A stretch of DNA of 29,182 nucleotides, from assembly GCA_964599135.1 (NCBI GenBank), contig CAZRDZ010000001.1, forward strand, positions 1 to 29,182. The letters are read 5' to 3'. The DNA is from an uncultured bacterium (lineage in GTDB: Bacteria; Ratteibacteria; UBA8468; B48-G9; JAFGKM01). The position numbers were made by a program, and so were the translations under genes. This document shows positions 7,817-15,604 of this stretch, in pieces. How positions within the stretch are numbered: position 1 is the first letter of the stretch; the number at the start of each line of letters is the position of its first letter. The notes beneath the pieces were generated by a model. That model was not told where the DNA came from and did not search any database. It worked only from the letters and a program-made list of their open reading frames with translations.

Positions 7817-8656
7817 ATGTTTAGAAGGAAAAAATTTACTGAAATTTCTCCAAAAGAAAAAGTTGAGATAAAAAAAGAGATGTGGGTGAAATGTGATAAT
7901 TGCGGGAAGATGATTTACAAGAAAAAATGGGAAGAATCGTTAAAAATATGTCCATACTGTAATAAATATTCAAGATTAACTGCAGAAGAAAGAATAAATA
8001 TGCTTGCTGATAAGAATACATTTAAAGAACTCTGGAAAAATATGGTATCAAAGGACCCTCTTAATTTTGTTGGTGTAAAACCTTATAGAGAAAAACTTGA
8101 AGAAGAAATGCAAAAAACAGGGATGAACGAAGCACTTGTAATTGGGGAATGTAAAATAAATGGGATTTCGGCTGTTCTTTCAGTTCTTGATTCACATTTT
8201 ATAATGGGAAGTATGGGTTCTGTTGTCGGTGAAAAATTTACAAGAGGATGTGAATATGCTATTTCTAATGGACTTCCTTTTATAAGCATTTCAGGAGGAG
8301 GGGGAGGCGCAAGGATGTATGAAGGAGTAATATCTCTTATGCAAATGGCAAAAACATCAGCAGGTGTTGGTAAATTGAAAAAAGCAGGTATATTATATAT
8401 TTCAATTTTAACAGACCCAACAATGGGAGGAGTAGCAGCAAGTTTTGCTTTTCTTGGAGACATTATTATTGCTGAACCAGGTGCTTTGATTGGTTTTGCA
8501 GGACCAAGAGTTATTGAACAGACGATAAGACAAAAACTTCCCCCTGGTTTTCAAACATCAGAGTTCCTTTACCAGCACGGGATGATAGATATGATTGTTA
8601 AAAGAGAAGAAATGAAAGAAAAAATCACCAAAATTTTAAATATTTTCCTCCTATGA
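7817..8656 (+). CDS. accD: Acetyl-CoA carboxylase carboxyltransferase beta subunit
   Basis: Zn finger WVKCDNC...CPYC, MGSMGSVVGEK, GARMYEG..SLMQMAK, GFAGPRVIEQTI, GFQTSEFL..HGMID. Confidence 0.96.
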   Translation: MFRRKKFTEISPKEKVEIKKEMWVKCDNCGKMIYKKKWEESLKICPYCNKYSRLTAEERINMLADKNTFKELWKNMVSKDPLNFVGVKPYREKLEEEMQKTGMNEALVIGECKINGISAVLSVLDSHFIMGSMGSVVGEKFTRGCEYAISNGLPFISISGGGGGARMYEGVISLMQMAKTSAGVGKLKKAGILYISILTDPTMGGVAASFAFLGDIIIAEPGALIGFAGPRVIEQTIRQKLPPGFQTSEFLYQHGMIDMIVKREEMKEKITKILNIFLL

Positions 8657-9939
8657 AAAACATCCCTGAAATCCAGTTCCTTGAAAATTTATCTGATTTT
8701 GGTATAAAACTTGGACTTGATAAAACAAGTTTTTTACTTGAAAAATTTAAAAACCCACATTTTAATTACCCATCAATTTTAATTGCAGGAACAAATGGTA
8801 AAGGGTCAGTTGCAAAAACGCTTTCAGAAATTCTTAAAGAAGCAGGATATAAAACAGGACTTTATATAAGCCCTCATCTTGTTGATATAAGAGAAAGAAT
8901 ATCAATAAATGGGCAACTTATAGAAGAGGAAGATTTTAAATCAGAAATAAGGGAGTTTAAAAAAGTTTTAGAAAAAATGCCATTCCATATGTATCCTACT
9001 TTTTTTGAAGCAATTACAGTTATTGCTTTTAAATACTTTTCAGATAAAAAAATAGATATTCTTGTTTGCGAAGTTGGTCTTGGTGGAAAGTATGATGCAA
9101 CAAATGTTCTCCCCTCTTTTATGGAAATCATAACAAAAATAGGAATTGAACACACAAAATATCTTGGAAATACATACAGAGAAATAGCGGGAGAAAAAGC
9201 AGGGATTATAAAGAATAGAACAACTGTAATATGTGCAAAACAGAAGAAAGAAGCAGAACAGGTTATAAAAAGTGTGGGGAAAAAGAAGAAAGCAAAAATT
9301 TATTTTTATGGAAAGGATTTTTTTTCAATGAGAAGACAGAAATGTTTAGAAGGGCAGATATTTAACTTTTATGGAAAAGAAAATTTAAAGAACATAAAGA
9401 CCACATTCATTGGAAAATATCAAATTGAAAATGTATCTCTTGCAATTCAATCATCTCTTATAATGAAGGAAAGGGGATTTAAAATAGAAAAACAGGATAT
9501 TTATAAAGGAGTGGAGAATGTTAAATGGGATGGAAGATTTCAAATATTAAAGAAAAAACCACTTATAATTCTTGATGGAGCCCACAATCCTGATGGAGTA
9601 AACTCTTTACTGAGGACAATAAAGGATATTTTCCCTGACAGGAAATTCTCTTTTCTTGTTGCCATTCTGAGAAATAAAGATTATTTGAAAATGGTAAGGA
9701 AAATATCAAAATTTGCTGAAGAAATAGTTTTTACAAAACTGGAAACTGAAAGATGTATTGAGCCTGAAAAATTATTATCTATTTTAAGAGAAAAGAAAAA
9801 AGCAAAAATTTTCTCAAATGTGAAAGAATCAATGAATTACATAGAAAAAACAAAAAGGGACTGGGTAATTTGCGGTTCTCTTTATCTTGTTGGAGAAATT
9901 TTTTCCCTAAAAGAGAGAGAAAAATGCCAGAAGAATTAA
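8653..9939 (+). CDS. folC: Dihydrofolate/folylpolyglutamate synthase
   Basis: AGTNGKGS, SPHL, TFFE, EVGLGGKYDATNV, EKAGIIK, LDGAHNPDG, GSLYLVGE; follows accD with a 4-nt overlap. Confidence 0.95.
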   Translation: MKNIPEIQFLENLSDFGIKLGLDKTSFLLEKFKNPHFNYPSILIAGTNGKGSVAKTLSEILKEAGYKTGLYISPHLVDIRERISINGQLIEEEDFKSEIREFKKVLEKMPFHMYPTFFEAITVIAFKYFSDKKIDILVCEVGLGGKYDATNVLPSFMEIITKIGIEHTKYLGNTYREIAGEKAGIIKNRTTVICAKQKKEAEQVIKSVGKKKKAKIYFYGKDFFSMRRQKCLEGQIFNFYGKENLKNIKTTFIGKYQIENVSLAIQSSLIMKERGFKIEKQDIYKGVENVKWDGRFQILKKKPLIILDGAHNPDGVNSLLRTIKDIFPDRKFSFLVAILRNKDYLKMVRKISKFAEEIVFTKLETERCIEPEKLLSILREKKKAKIFSNVKESMNYIEKTKRDWVICGSLYLVGEIFSLKEREKCQKN

Positions 9940-9985
9940 TAGTAATATCTCCAGGGAAAGCAATATTGAAAACTATGAGGAAGAA

Positions 9986-10040
9986 CCTTTAAAAGCCAAA
10001 TCAAAAAGGAAAAGAAGGTTTTTTAAAGGGCATCTTTTTT
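9986..10040 (+). terminator. Possible weak intrinsic terminator after folC
   Basis: CCTTTAAAA (9986-9994) pairs with TTTTAAAGG (10021-10029) around a large purine-rich loop, followed by a T6 run. The stem is AT-rich and the loop oversized. Confidence 0.25.
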
Positions 10041-10070
10041 CATAGATTTATTATGTCTCAATTCGTCCCC

Positions 10071-10100
10071 TTGACACTGTCAGGAAAAAAATATTAAAAT
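10071..10100 (+). promoter_or_regulatory. Sigma70-type promoter for the Fur-family gene
   Basis: TTGACA 10071-10076, 18 nt spacer, TAAAAT 10095-10100. Confidence 0.7.
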
Positions 10101-10126
10101 CTAAATAGAAATCATTTCTATTTAGA
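10100..10126. promoter_or_regulatory. Zur/Fur-type operator (perfect 13-1-13 palindrome)
   Basis: TCTAAATAGAAAT-C-ATTTCTATTTAGA directly after the -10. The core resembles the Bacillus Zur box AAATCGTAAT-N-ATTACGATTT (2 mismatches per half). Confidence 0.8.
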
Positions 10127-10138
10127 AAGGAGAAAAGG

Positions 10139-10570
10139 ATGGAAAAATATATAAAAATGATGAAAGATAACAACTTAAAAATAACTCCAAGAAGGAAAAG
10201 CATAATTAAATTTTTTCTTAAAAGTAAGATTTATGCCACCCCTGAAAATGTCTGGAACCATCTTAAAAAAAATTTTAAAAAAATAGGACTGCCAACTGTC
10301 TACAGAAATCTTGCTGAATTTGAAAAAATAGGGATTTTAACTAAAGTTGAAGGAGAAGAAGAAAGGATGTATTATGGTCTCTGTGAAGCAAAAAATCCAC
10401 TTTCACACCATCATCATATTGTCTGTATAAAATGTCATAAAGTTGGACTTGTTGAATCCTGCGATTTTGATGAAATAGTAGAAAAAATTGAAAAATTAAG
10501 TGGATTTAAAGTTGTATCTCACTATTTACAGATAAAAGGAATATGTAAGAACTGTTTGAGAAAACAATAA
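10139..10570 (+). CDS. Fur-family metalloregulator, Zur-like
   Basis: KITPRRKSI, TVYRNL, HHHHIVCIKC, GICKNC (two CxxC motifs plus a His cluster). A Zur-type palindrome lies in its own promoter. Confidence 0.88.
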   Translation: MEKYIKMMKDNNLKITPRRKSIIKFFLKSKIYATPENVWNHLKKNFKKIGLPTVYRNLAEFEKIGILTKVEGEEERMYYGLCEAKNPLSHHHHIVCIKCHKVGLVESCDFDEIVEKIEKLSGFKVVSHYLQIKGICKNCLRKQ

Positions 10571-10581
10571 AGGGGAAAAAA

Positions 10582-11181
10582 ATGAATAAAAATATCAGGA
10601 AGGAATTGAGAAATCATGCTCCTTTTACAAGTTTTGGGGCTATTACAGGAATTATAATAATGCTTCTTTTTTATAAAATTCCTTTTAGGGCTTCACATGC
10701 TATTTTTTATATTCTCCATCCTGTTCATGTTCTCTTAAGTTCTTTTGTCACTGCGTCAATGTATCGTCTTCATACAAAAGAAAAGTGGTGGAAAGTTGTT
10801 ATAATTGGATATGTTGGTTCTATTGGAATTGCTACATTAAGTGATTCAATAATACCTTTTCTGGGAGAGTGGCTTTTAAAATTACCGAACAAAGGGATTC
10901 ATCTTGGATTTATTGAGAAATGGTATATTGTTAATCCCCTTGCTTTTCTTGGAATTGGCTTTTCATTTTTAAAACCAACAACAAAGTTGCCTCACTCTGG
11001 ACATGTTCTTCTTAGTACATGGGCTTCACTTTTTCATATTATGATGGCTCTCGGTGGAATAATTAGTATTTTAAGAGTATTTGTAATTTTCGTTTTCCTC
11101 TTTATTGCTGTTTGGTTCCCTTGTTGTTTAAGTGATATAATATTTCCACTTTTATTTGTAAAGGAATCTTCGGAAGAATAA
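10582..11181 (+). CDS. Uncharacterised polytopic membrane protein with duplicated HxxHVLLS / LSD motifs (putative metal transporter)
   Basis: 199 aa, about 6 hydrophobic segments; H46-P-V-H49-VLLS, H138-S-G-H141-VLLS, LSD 86-88 and 183-185, CC 181-182; 11 nt downstream of the Zur-like gene. Confidence 0.7.
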   Translation: MNKNIRKELRNHAPFTSFGAITGIIIMLLFYKIPFRASHAIFYILHPVHVLLSSFVTASMYRLHTKEKWWKVVIIGYVGSIGIATLSDSIIPFLGEWLLKLPNKGIHLGFIEKWYIVNPLAFLGIGFSFLKPTTKLPHSGHVLLSTWASLFHIMMALGGIISILRVFVIFVFLFIAVWFPCCLSDIIFPLLFVKESSEE

Positions 11182-11240
11182 GTTTATTAAAAGTAGAAAT
11201 ATTTAAATTTTGTATTATAATTATATTTAAACCTTTTTAT

Positions 11241-11534
11241 ATGGAGGTGATTGAACTGAATAAAGAAAAAGCCGATAAAATTGTTGATTTCCTGAGAGCA
11301 ATAGCAAATCCTGTGAGAATTGAAATTATAAAACAACTTTTAAAAGGGGAAAAATGTGTTACAGATATTAAAAAAATTTCTGATTTTACCCAGCCAAATA
11401 TTTCCCAGCATTTAACAATTTTGAGGTTGAACGGGATAGTGGAATGTGAAAGGGATGGACATTTTAAATGCTATAGATTAAAAAATCCAGAGGAAATTAA
11501 GAAACTTCTTGAAATTGTGGCAAAAATTGTATAA
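11241..11534 (+). CDS. ArsR/SmtB-family transcriptional regulator
   Basis: LRAIANPVRIEII, EKCVTDI, TQPNISQHLTILR..G.V...R.G....YRL winged HTH. Start uncertain. Confidence 0.9.
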   Translation: MEVIELNKEKADKIVDFLRAIANPVRIEIIKQLLKGEKCVTDIKKISDFTQPNISQHLTILRLNGIVECERDGHFKCYRLKNPEEIKKLLEIVAKIV

Positions 11535-11543
11535 GGAGCAAGA

Positions 11544-11975
11544 ATGGATGAACATATATATAAGGTTAAAGTTGAATGGACTGAAGGGAAAAAGGGTATA
11601 GTTGAAGGAGATGACGGGAAGAAAATAGAAATTTCAACTCCGCCTGATTTTGGAGGTCCCTCTGGATACTGGAGTCCAGAAGAACTTTTTGTATCTTCTA
11701 TTGCATCCTGTCTTATGACTTCTTTTTTATATTTTGTTCTGAAAAATAATGTGAAACTTATAAGTTATGAAAACAAAGCAATCGGGAAAGTTGAAAAAGT
11801 TGAAAAAAAAGGATATGTTTTTACTGATGTTGAAGTTGAAGTAACAGCAAAAGTAGATAAAGATGAAGATATTGATAAAATTAAAACATTTCTTGGACTT
11901 GCAGAAAAATACTGTCTAATTTCTAACTCTACAGATGTTAAAATATCTGTAAAAAATTCTGTTATTTCAGAGTAA
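11544..11975 (+). CDS. OsmC/Ohr-family protein
   Basis: TPPDFGG, WSPEELFVSSIASC, AEKYCLISNS: two conserved Cys in OsmC-like spacing. Confidence 0.88.
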   Translation: MDEHIYKVKVEWTEGKKGIVEGDDGKKIEISTPPDFGGPSGYWSPEELFVSSIASCLMTSFLYFVLKNNVKLISYENKAIGKVEKVEKKGYVFTDVEVEVTAKVDKDEDIDKIKTFLGLAEKYCLISNSTDVKISVKNSVISE

Positions 11976-12025
11976 AATAGTATCAGGTAAAATAAGAAAT
12001 ATTGATATAAAAGATGGGAGATAAA

Positions 12026-12355
12026 ATGTCAAAAGAAGTTGTTAATTTGAATAGCGAAAGTTTTGATAAGTTTCTTCAAGAGAATGAAGTCGCAGTAGTT
12101 GATTTCTGGGCTGTCTGGTGTATGCCCTGTCTTATGGTTGCTCCAATAATGGAAAATCTTGCCAAAAAATACGAAGGAAAAATTGCTTTTGGGAAAGTAA
12201 ATGTTGATGAAGAAAGAGATATAGCAATGAGATTTGGTATTATGTCAATTCCAACAATTATAATTTTTAAAGACGGTAAAATGGTTGACCAGATTGTTGG
12301 AGCAATGCCTGAAAAAATACTTGAAGAAAAATTGCTTGAAGCAACATCTCGTTAA
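12026..12355 (+). CDS. trxA: Thioredoxin
   Basis: VVDFWAVWCMPC, KVNVDE, GIMSIPT; about 109 aa. Start set at ATG 12026 after GGGAG (alternative ATG 12014). Confidence 0.92.
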   Translation: MSKEVVNLNSESFDKFLQENEVAVVDFWAVWCMPCLMVAPIMENLAKKYEGKIAFGKVNVDEERDIAMRFGIMSIPTIIIFKDGKMVDQIVGAMPEKILEEKLLEATSR

Positions 12356-13311
12356 ATAACTGACTTATAAATCATATCAACAAGTTCCATTGTTTTTACT
12401 GCATCTGAAAAGTTTGTTTTTGGAAGTTTCTTTTTCTCAATACATTCAATGAAATGTCTGTTTTCATCAAGAAATCCAGCAATCTCAAACAGTTCCTTTT
12501 TCCCTGTAAATTCCTCAACATTTATAATTTCTCCCTCTTCTTTCCCATCTTTATAAATAACTGCTTCTTTTTCAGGGTTAATGAAAGCAACTATTCCTTT
12601 CCCGTGTATCTCTACGGAAAATATTCTTTTTCCACTTGTCCAGTTTGCTGATAATATTCCTGTTGCTCCTGAAGAAAATTCAATTAATGCACAGAAAAAG
12701 TTATCATAATCAGCAAATAAATTTCTAACAATACTTTTAACCTTTTTTACTTCTCCCCCTATTTCTCTCAAAAGGTCAACAGAATGTATAGCATCACAGG
12801 TTAATATATCAATTGCACCATTGTAATATGGCGGCTGATTTAAGTAATATTTGAAGAAGTTTGTTTGAGTCATTATTACTTCTCCTCTCTCTTCTATCCT
12901 TCTTTTGCTTTCAACTATAAGAGGAGCAAATCTTCTCTGAAAACCAACCATTGTCAGCACCCCTTTTTTCTCTGCAAGATTTGCCATCTGTCTTGTCTGT
13001 TCAGATGTTACTCCTGGCGGCTTTTCTATAAAAATATTTAATTTTTCGTTCAAACAGTGTATTACTATATCAAAAAGCTGATACGGAGGCATAATTATAT
13101 AAACTGCATCAGGGGCAGTTTCCTCAATCATTTTTTTATAATCATTGAAAGTATTTGAAATCTTATATTTTTTAGATGTTTCTTTCAATTTTTCTTCATT
13201 CAGGTCGCATATTCCAACAATTTCCACATTTTCAATTTTTGAAAGAGATGGATAATGAACCAAATTTGCCATACTTCCCGCTCCAATAACATTAATTTTT
13301 ACTTTACTCAT
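12352..13311 (-). CDS. Gfo/Idh/MocA-family NAD(P)-dependent oxidoreductase
   Basis: N-terminal VIGAG Rossmann motif, FIEKPP, VGFQRRF, DAIHSVD. Confidence 0.88.
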   Translation of the reverse strand: MSKVKINVIGAGSMANLVHYPSLSKIENVEIVGICDLNEEKLKETSKKYKISNTFNDYKKMIEETAPDAVYIIMPPYQLFDIVIHCLNEKLNIFIEKPPGVTSEQTRQMANLAEKKGVLTMVGFQRRFAPLIVESKRRIEERGEVIMTQTNFFKYYLNQPPYYNGAIDILTCDAIHSVDLLREIGGEVKKVKSIVRNLFADYDNFFCALIEFSSGATGILSANWTSGKRIFSVEIHGKGIVAFINPEKEAVIYKDGKEEGEIINVEEFTGKKELFEIAGFLDENRHFIECIEKKKLPKTNFSDAVKTMELVDMIYKSVI

Positions 13312-13883
13312 TTTTTAACACCTTTTTCAAGTAATTTTTCAATAAATTTTTTTATTTTTTCCACTGTTTCTTTAATTTCTTTATTTATCACCCTATAATT
13401 ATAGTACTTCAACAAAGTTTTTCTTTCTTCTTTTGCTGCTTCCAATCTTCTTTTTATTTCTTCTTCACTTACATCTCCCCTTTTTTTCAGTCGTTTTTCC
13501 TGTTCTTTTGCCGAAGGGGGTAAAATCCCTATTAAAATTGCATCAGGGAATATTTTTTTTACACTCATTCCTCCCTGAGTATCAATAACAAGAAGAACAT
13601 TTTCTCCTTTTTTTAATTTCTCCATAACTTCTTTTTTTGGTGTTCCATAAAAGTTTCCGTAAACATTAGCATATTCAAGAAATTCTCCATTTTTAATCTT
13701 TTCTTTAAAATCTTTTTCAGTTAAAAATTTATAATCAATGCCGTTTTTTTCACCAATTCTTGGTTTTCTTGTTGTGCAGGTTGTGATACTTTTAAGAGAT
13801 GGGATTGCTTCAAGGAGTAATTTCTGGATAGTCGTTTTACCAGTCCCTGAAGGCGCAGAGATAACAAAAATTTTACCTTTCAT
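13308..13883 (-). CDS. gmk: Guanylate kinase
   Basis: SAPSGTGKTT, TTRKPRIGEKNGIDYKF, EYANVYGNFYGT, IDTQG. Confidence 0.95.
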   Translation of the reverse strand: MKGKIFVISAPSGTGKTTIQKLLLEAIPSLKSITTCTTRKPRIGEKNGIDYKFLTEKDFKEKIKNGEFLEYANVYGNFYGTPKKEVMEKLKKGENVLLVIDTQGGMSVKKIFPDAILIGILPPSAKEQEKRLKKRGDVSEEEIKRRLEAAKEERKTLLKYYNYRVINKEIKETVEKIKKFIEKLLEKGVKK

Positions 13884-14843
13884 TTATGGAGAAAATTTAC
13901 CTTTTGTTTTTAATTCCTTTATTGCTCTTTCTGCAATGTTTTTAAAATCTGTATTTAACAATTTTTCCCACTGTTTCATTGCCATATCAATCTGCCCATT
14001 TTTCTCATAGGCGTGTGCCAAACAATCATCAACATAGTCAGGATGGGGAAATTTAATTGCTTTTTTCAAATATCTAACAGAATTTTTATAATCCATACCT
14101 TTATGATAATAAATCCATCCAGTTTCAAAGTAAAGGTCATACCTATCAGAATTATATACAACTCCTTTCTTATCAAATTCAATTCCCTGAGTGTACCAGA
14201 AAAGCATTTCTTTTACACAGGCAACAAACTGTTTATCTGACTCAACAAAAAAAGCATTTTTACTATTCTTTTCATACCTGTAATTATTAAGAAAGTGCTC
14301 GTAATTATTCATCTCTGAAATTAAATCAGGAATTTTATCCTCTTGCATACCTTTTTTAAGCCCAAGATTTTTAATAAGATAAATAGTTCTACCTCCAATT
14401 GCAAGAACTTTCTGTAAGTTTTTCTTCTCCTTCTCTGACAATTTTTTAACTTTTTCATTATACTCCTTTATCAAGTTTTGCTTTGCGTCCCTCACTTCAG
14501 CAAAAATATTATAGGACATATGCCATCCACCAACAGCCCAGACATTTATATAATGTGGCTGTAGCCATGCAATTGCTTCTAAAAGGGGTAGCATTTTATA
14601 ATGTTGTCCTGAATGCCAGTAATTTTCTATATTTAACCATAAAAGGTCTGCTGCCAATCCTTTAAAACCGGAAAGGACTAAACTTCCTGCAACCTGTCCA
14701 GGCATAAGGAGAAGCCCACTTTCAAGTTCTTCAACCTTTTTGCTATAATCAATACTTACCTGAAGAAATCCAAGAGGAATATAAAGTAACAAAGCAATAA
14801 AGAGAAAAACCCAGTTTTTACTATTAATTTTATTCTTTCTCAT
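13884..14843 (-). CDS. Membrane-anchored TPR-like protein associated with the ABC transporter
   Basis: N-terminal TM helix; GFKGLAADLLW, W..GGWHMSYN, YDLYFETGWIYY and TPR-like C-terminal helices; overlaps the permease stop. Confidence 0.65.
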   Translation of the reverse strand: MRKNKINSKNWVFLFIALLLYIPLGFLQVSIDYSKKVEELESGLLLMPGQVAGSLVLSGFKGLAADLLWLNIENYWHSGQHYKMLPLLEAIAWLQPHYINVWAVGGWHMSYNIFAEVRDAKQNLIKEYNEKVKKLSEKEKKNLQKVLAIGGRTIYLIKNLGLKKGMQEDKIPDLISEMNNYEHFLNNYRYEKNSKNAFFVESDKQFVACVKEMLFWYTQGIEFDKKGVVYNSDRYDLYFETGWIYYHKGMDYKNSVRYLKKAIKFPHPDYVDDCLAHAYEKNGQIDMAMKQWEKLLNTDFKNIAERAIKELKTKGKFSP

Positions 14844-15604
14844 ACCTCCCTCTTCTGGAAGAAATAAAGACCTATAAGTATAACAATCGCTATATACAAA
14901 ACACCATATATCAATGTCTTAAATACATAATTCCATGAAACAGAAACTCCAATCACAACTTTATCCCTTATTGCAAAATTTTCATAATTTGGAACAACTG
15001 TGTAAATTATCTGCCCAATTCCTTTCAAAATAGTATTTTCAACTCTTTCAGTTAGTTGTTTACCATACGAAATTAAATGTCCAACTATATAAAGAAAAAA
15101 AGAAAGTATTATATTGAAAGCATCAGTGGCAAATGTAGTAACAGTTAATGTTATTGTGCTTATCAAAACAAGTTCAACATATATAAGAAGTAGTGTTTTG
15201 AATGTTTCAATGTCAGGAGGGCTTTTTTTAAATATGAGAAGTCCAATAAAGAATAAACTTATAAGGACAAAATTAAGAAGCAGTATCAAACACATACCAA
15301 GAAATTTCCCGATAAATAAATTTCCTCTTGTGACTGGCTTTGTAAGGAGTGTGTAAATTGTCCTTTTCTCTATCTCTCCAGAAAGAGCACCAATGGCACC
15401 GAATATTGCTATTAAAGCACCAAAAAATTCAATGGTTGAAAAACTCACATCTTTAATCATCTTAAGTTCTTCTTCAGCAGTAAGAAAAGAAAAGAACTTT
15501 GAAGCACCTATTACAATGAAAGCAAAAACTAAAAGGATATACAGAGTTCTTTTCCTCAATGATTCCTTAAATGTGTTTACCGCAACTATCCATGCTTTTT
15601 TCAT
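14840..15604 (-). CDS. ABC-2-type transporter permease
   Basis: VAVNTFKESLR, EIEKRTIYTLLTKPVTR..LFIGKFLG; about 6 TM segments. Confidence 0.88.
   Translation of the reverse strand: MKKAWIVAVNTFKESLRKRTLYILLVFAFIVIGASKFFSFLTAEEELKMIKDVSFSTIEFFGALIAIFGAIGALSGEIEKRTIYTLLTKPVTRGNLFIGKFLGMCLILLLNFVLISLFFIGLLIFKKSPPDIETFKTLLLIYVELVLISTITLTVTTFATDAFNIILSFFLYIVGHLISYGKQLTERVENTILKGIGQIIYTVVPNYENFAIRDKVVIGVSVSWNYVFKTLIYGVLYIAIVILIGLYFFQKREV

Noticed and set aside
8083-8463. 126-aa antisense ORF in accD, and similar shadow ORFs at 343-621, 428-805, 8874-9155, 13738-14010, 15114-15356, 15393-15827, 17437-17826, 21716-21967, 23038-23355, 28240-28470
   Set aside because: All lie wholly or largely opposite or out of frame to well-supported genes, lack SDs and motifs, and have the F/I/S/L-rich composition expected from antisense reading of purine-rich coding strands.
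11216-11225. Palindrome TATAATTATA upstream of arsR
   Set aside because: Short and all A/T, so not significant alone.
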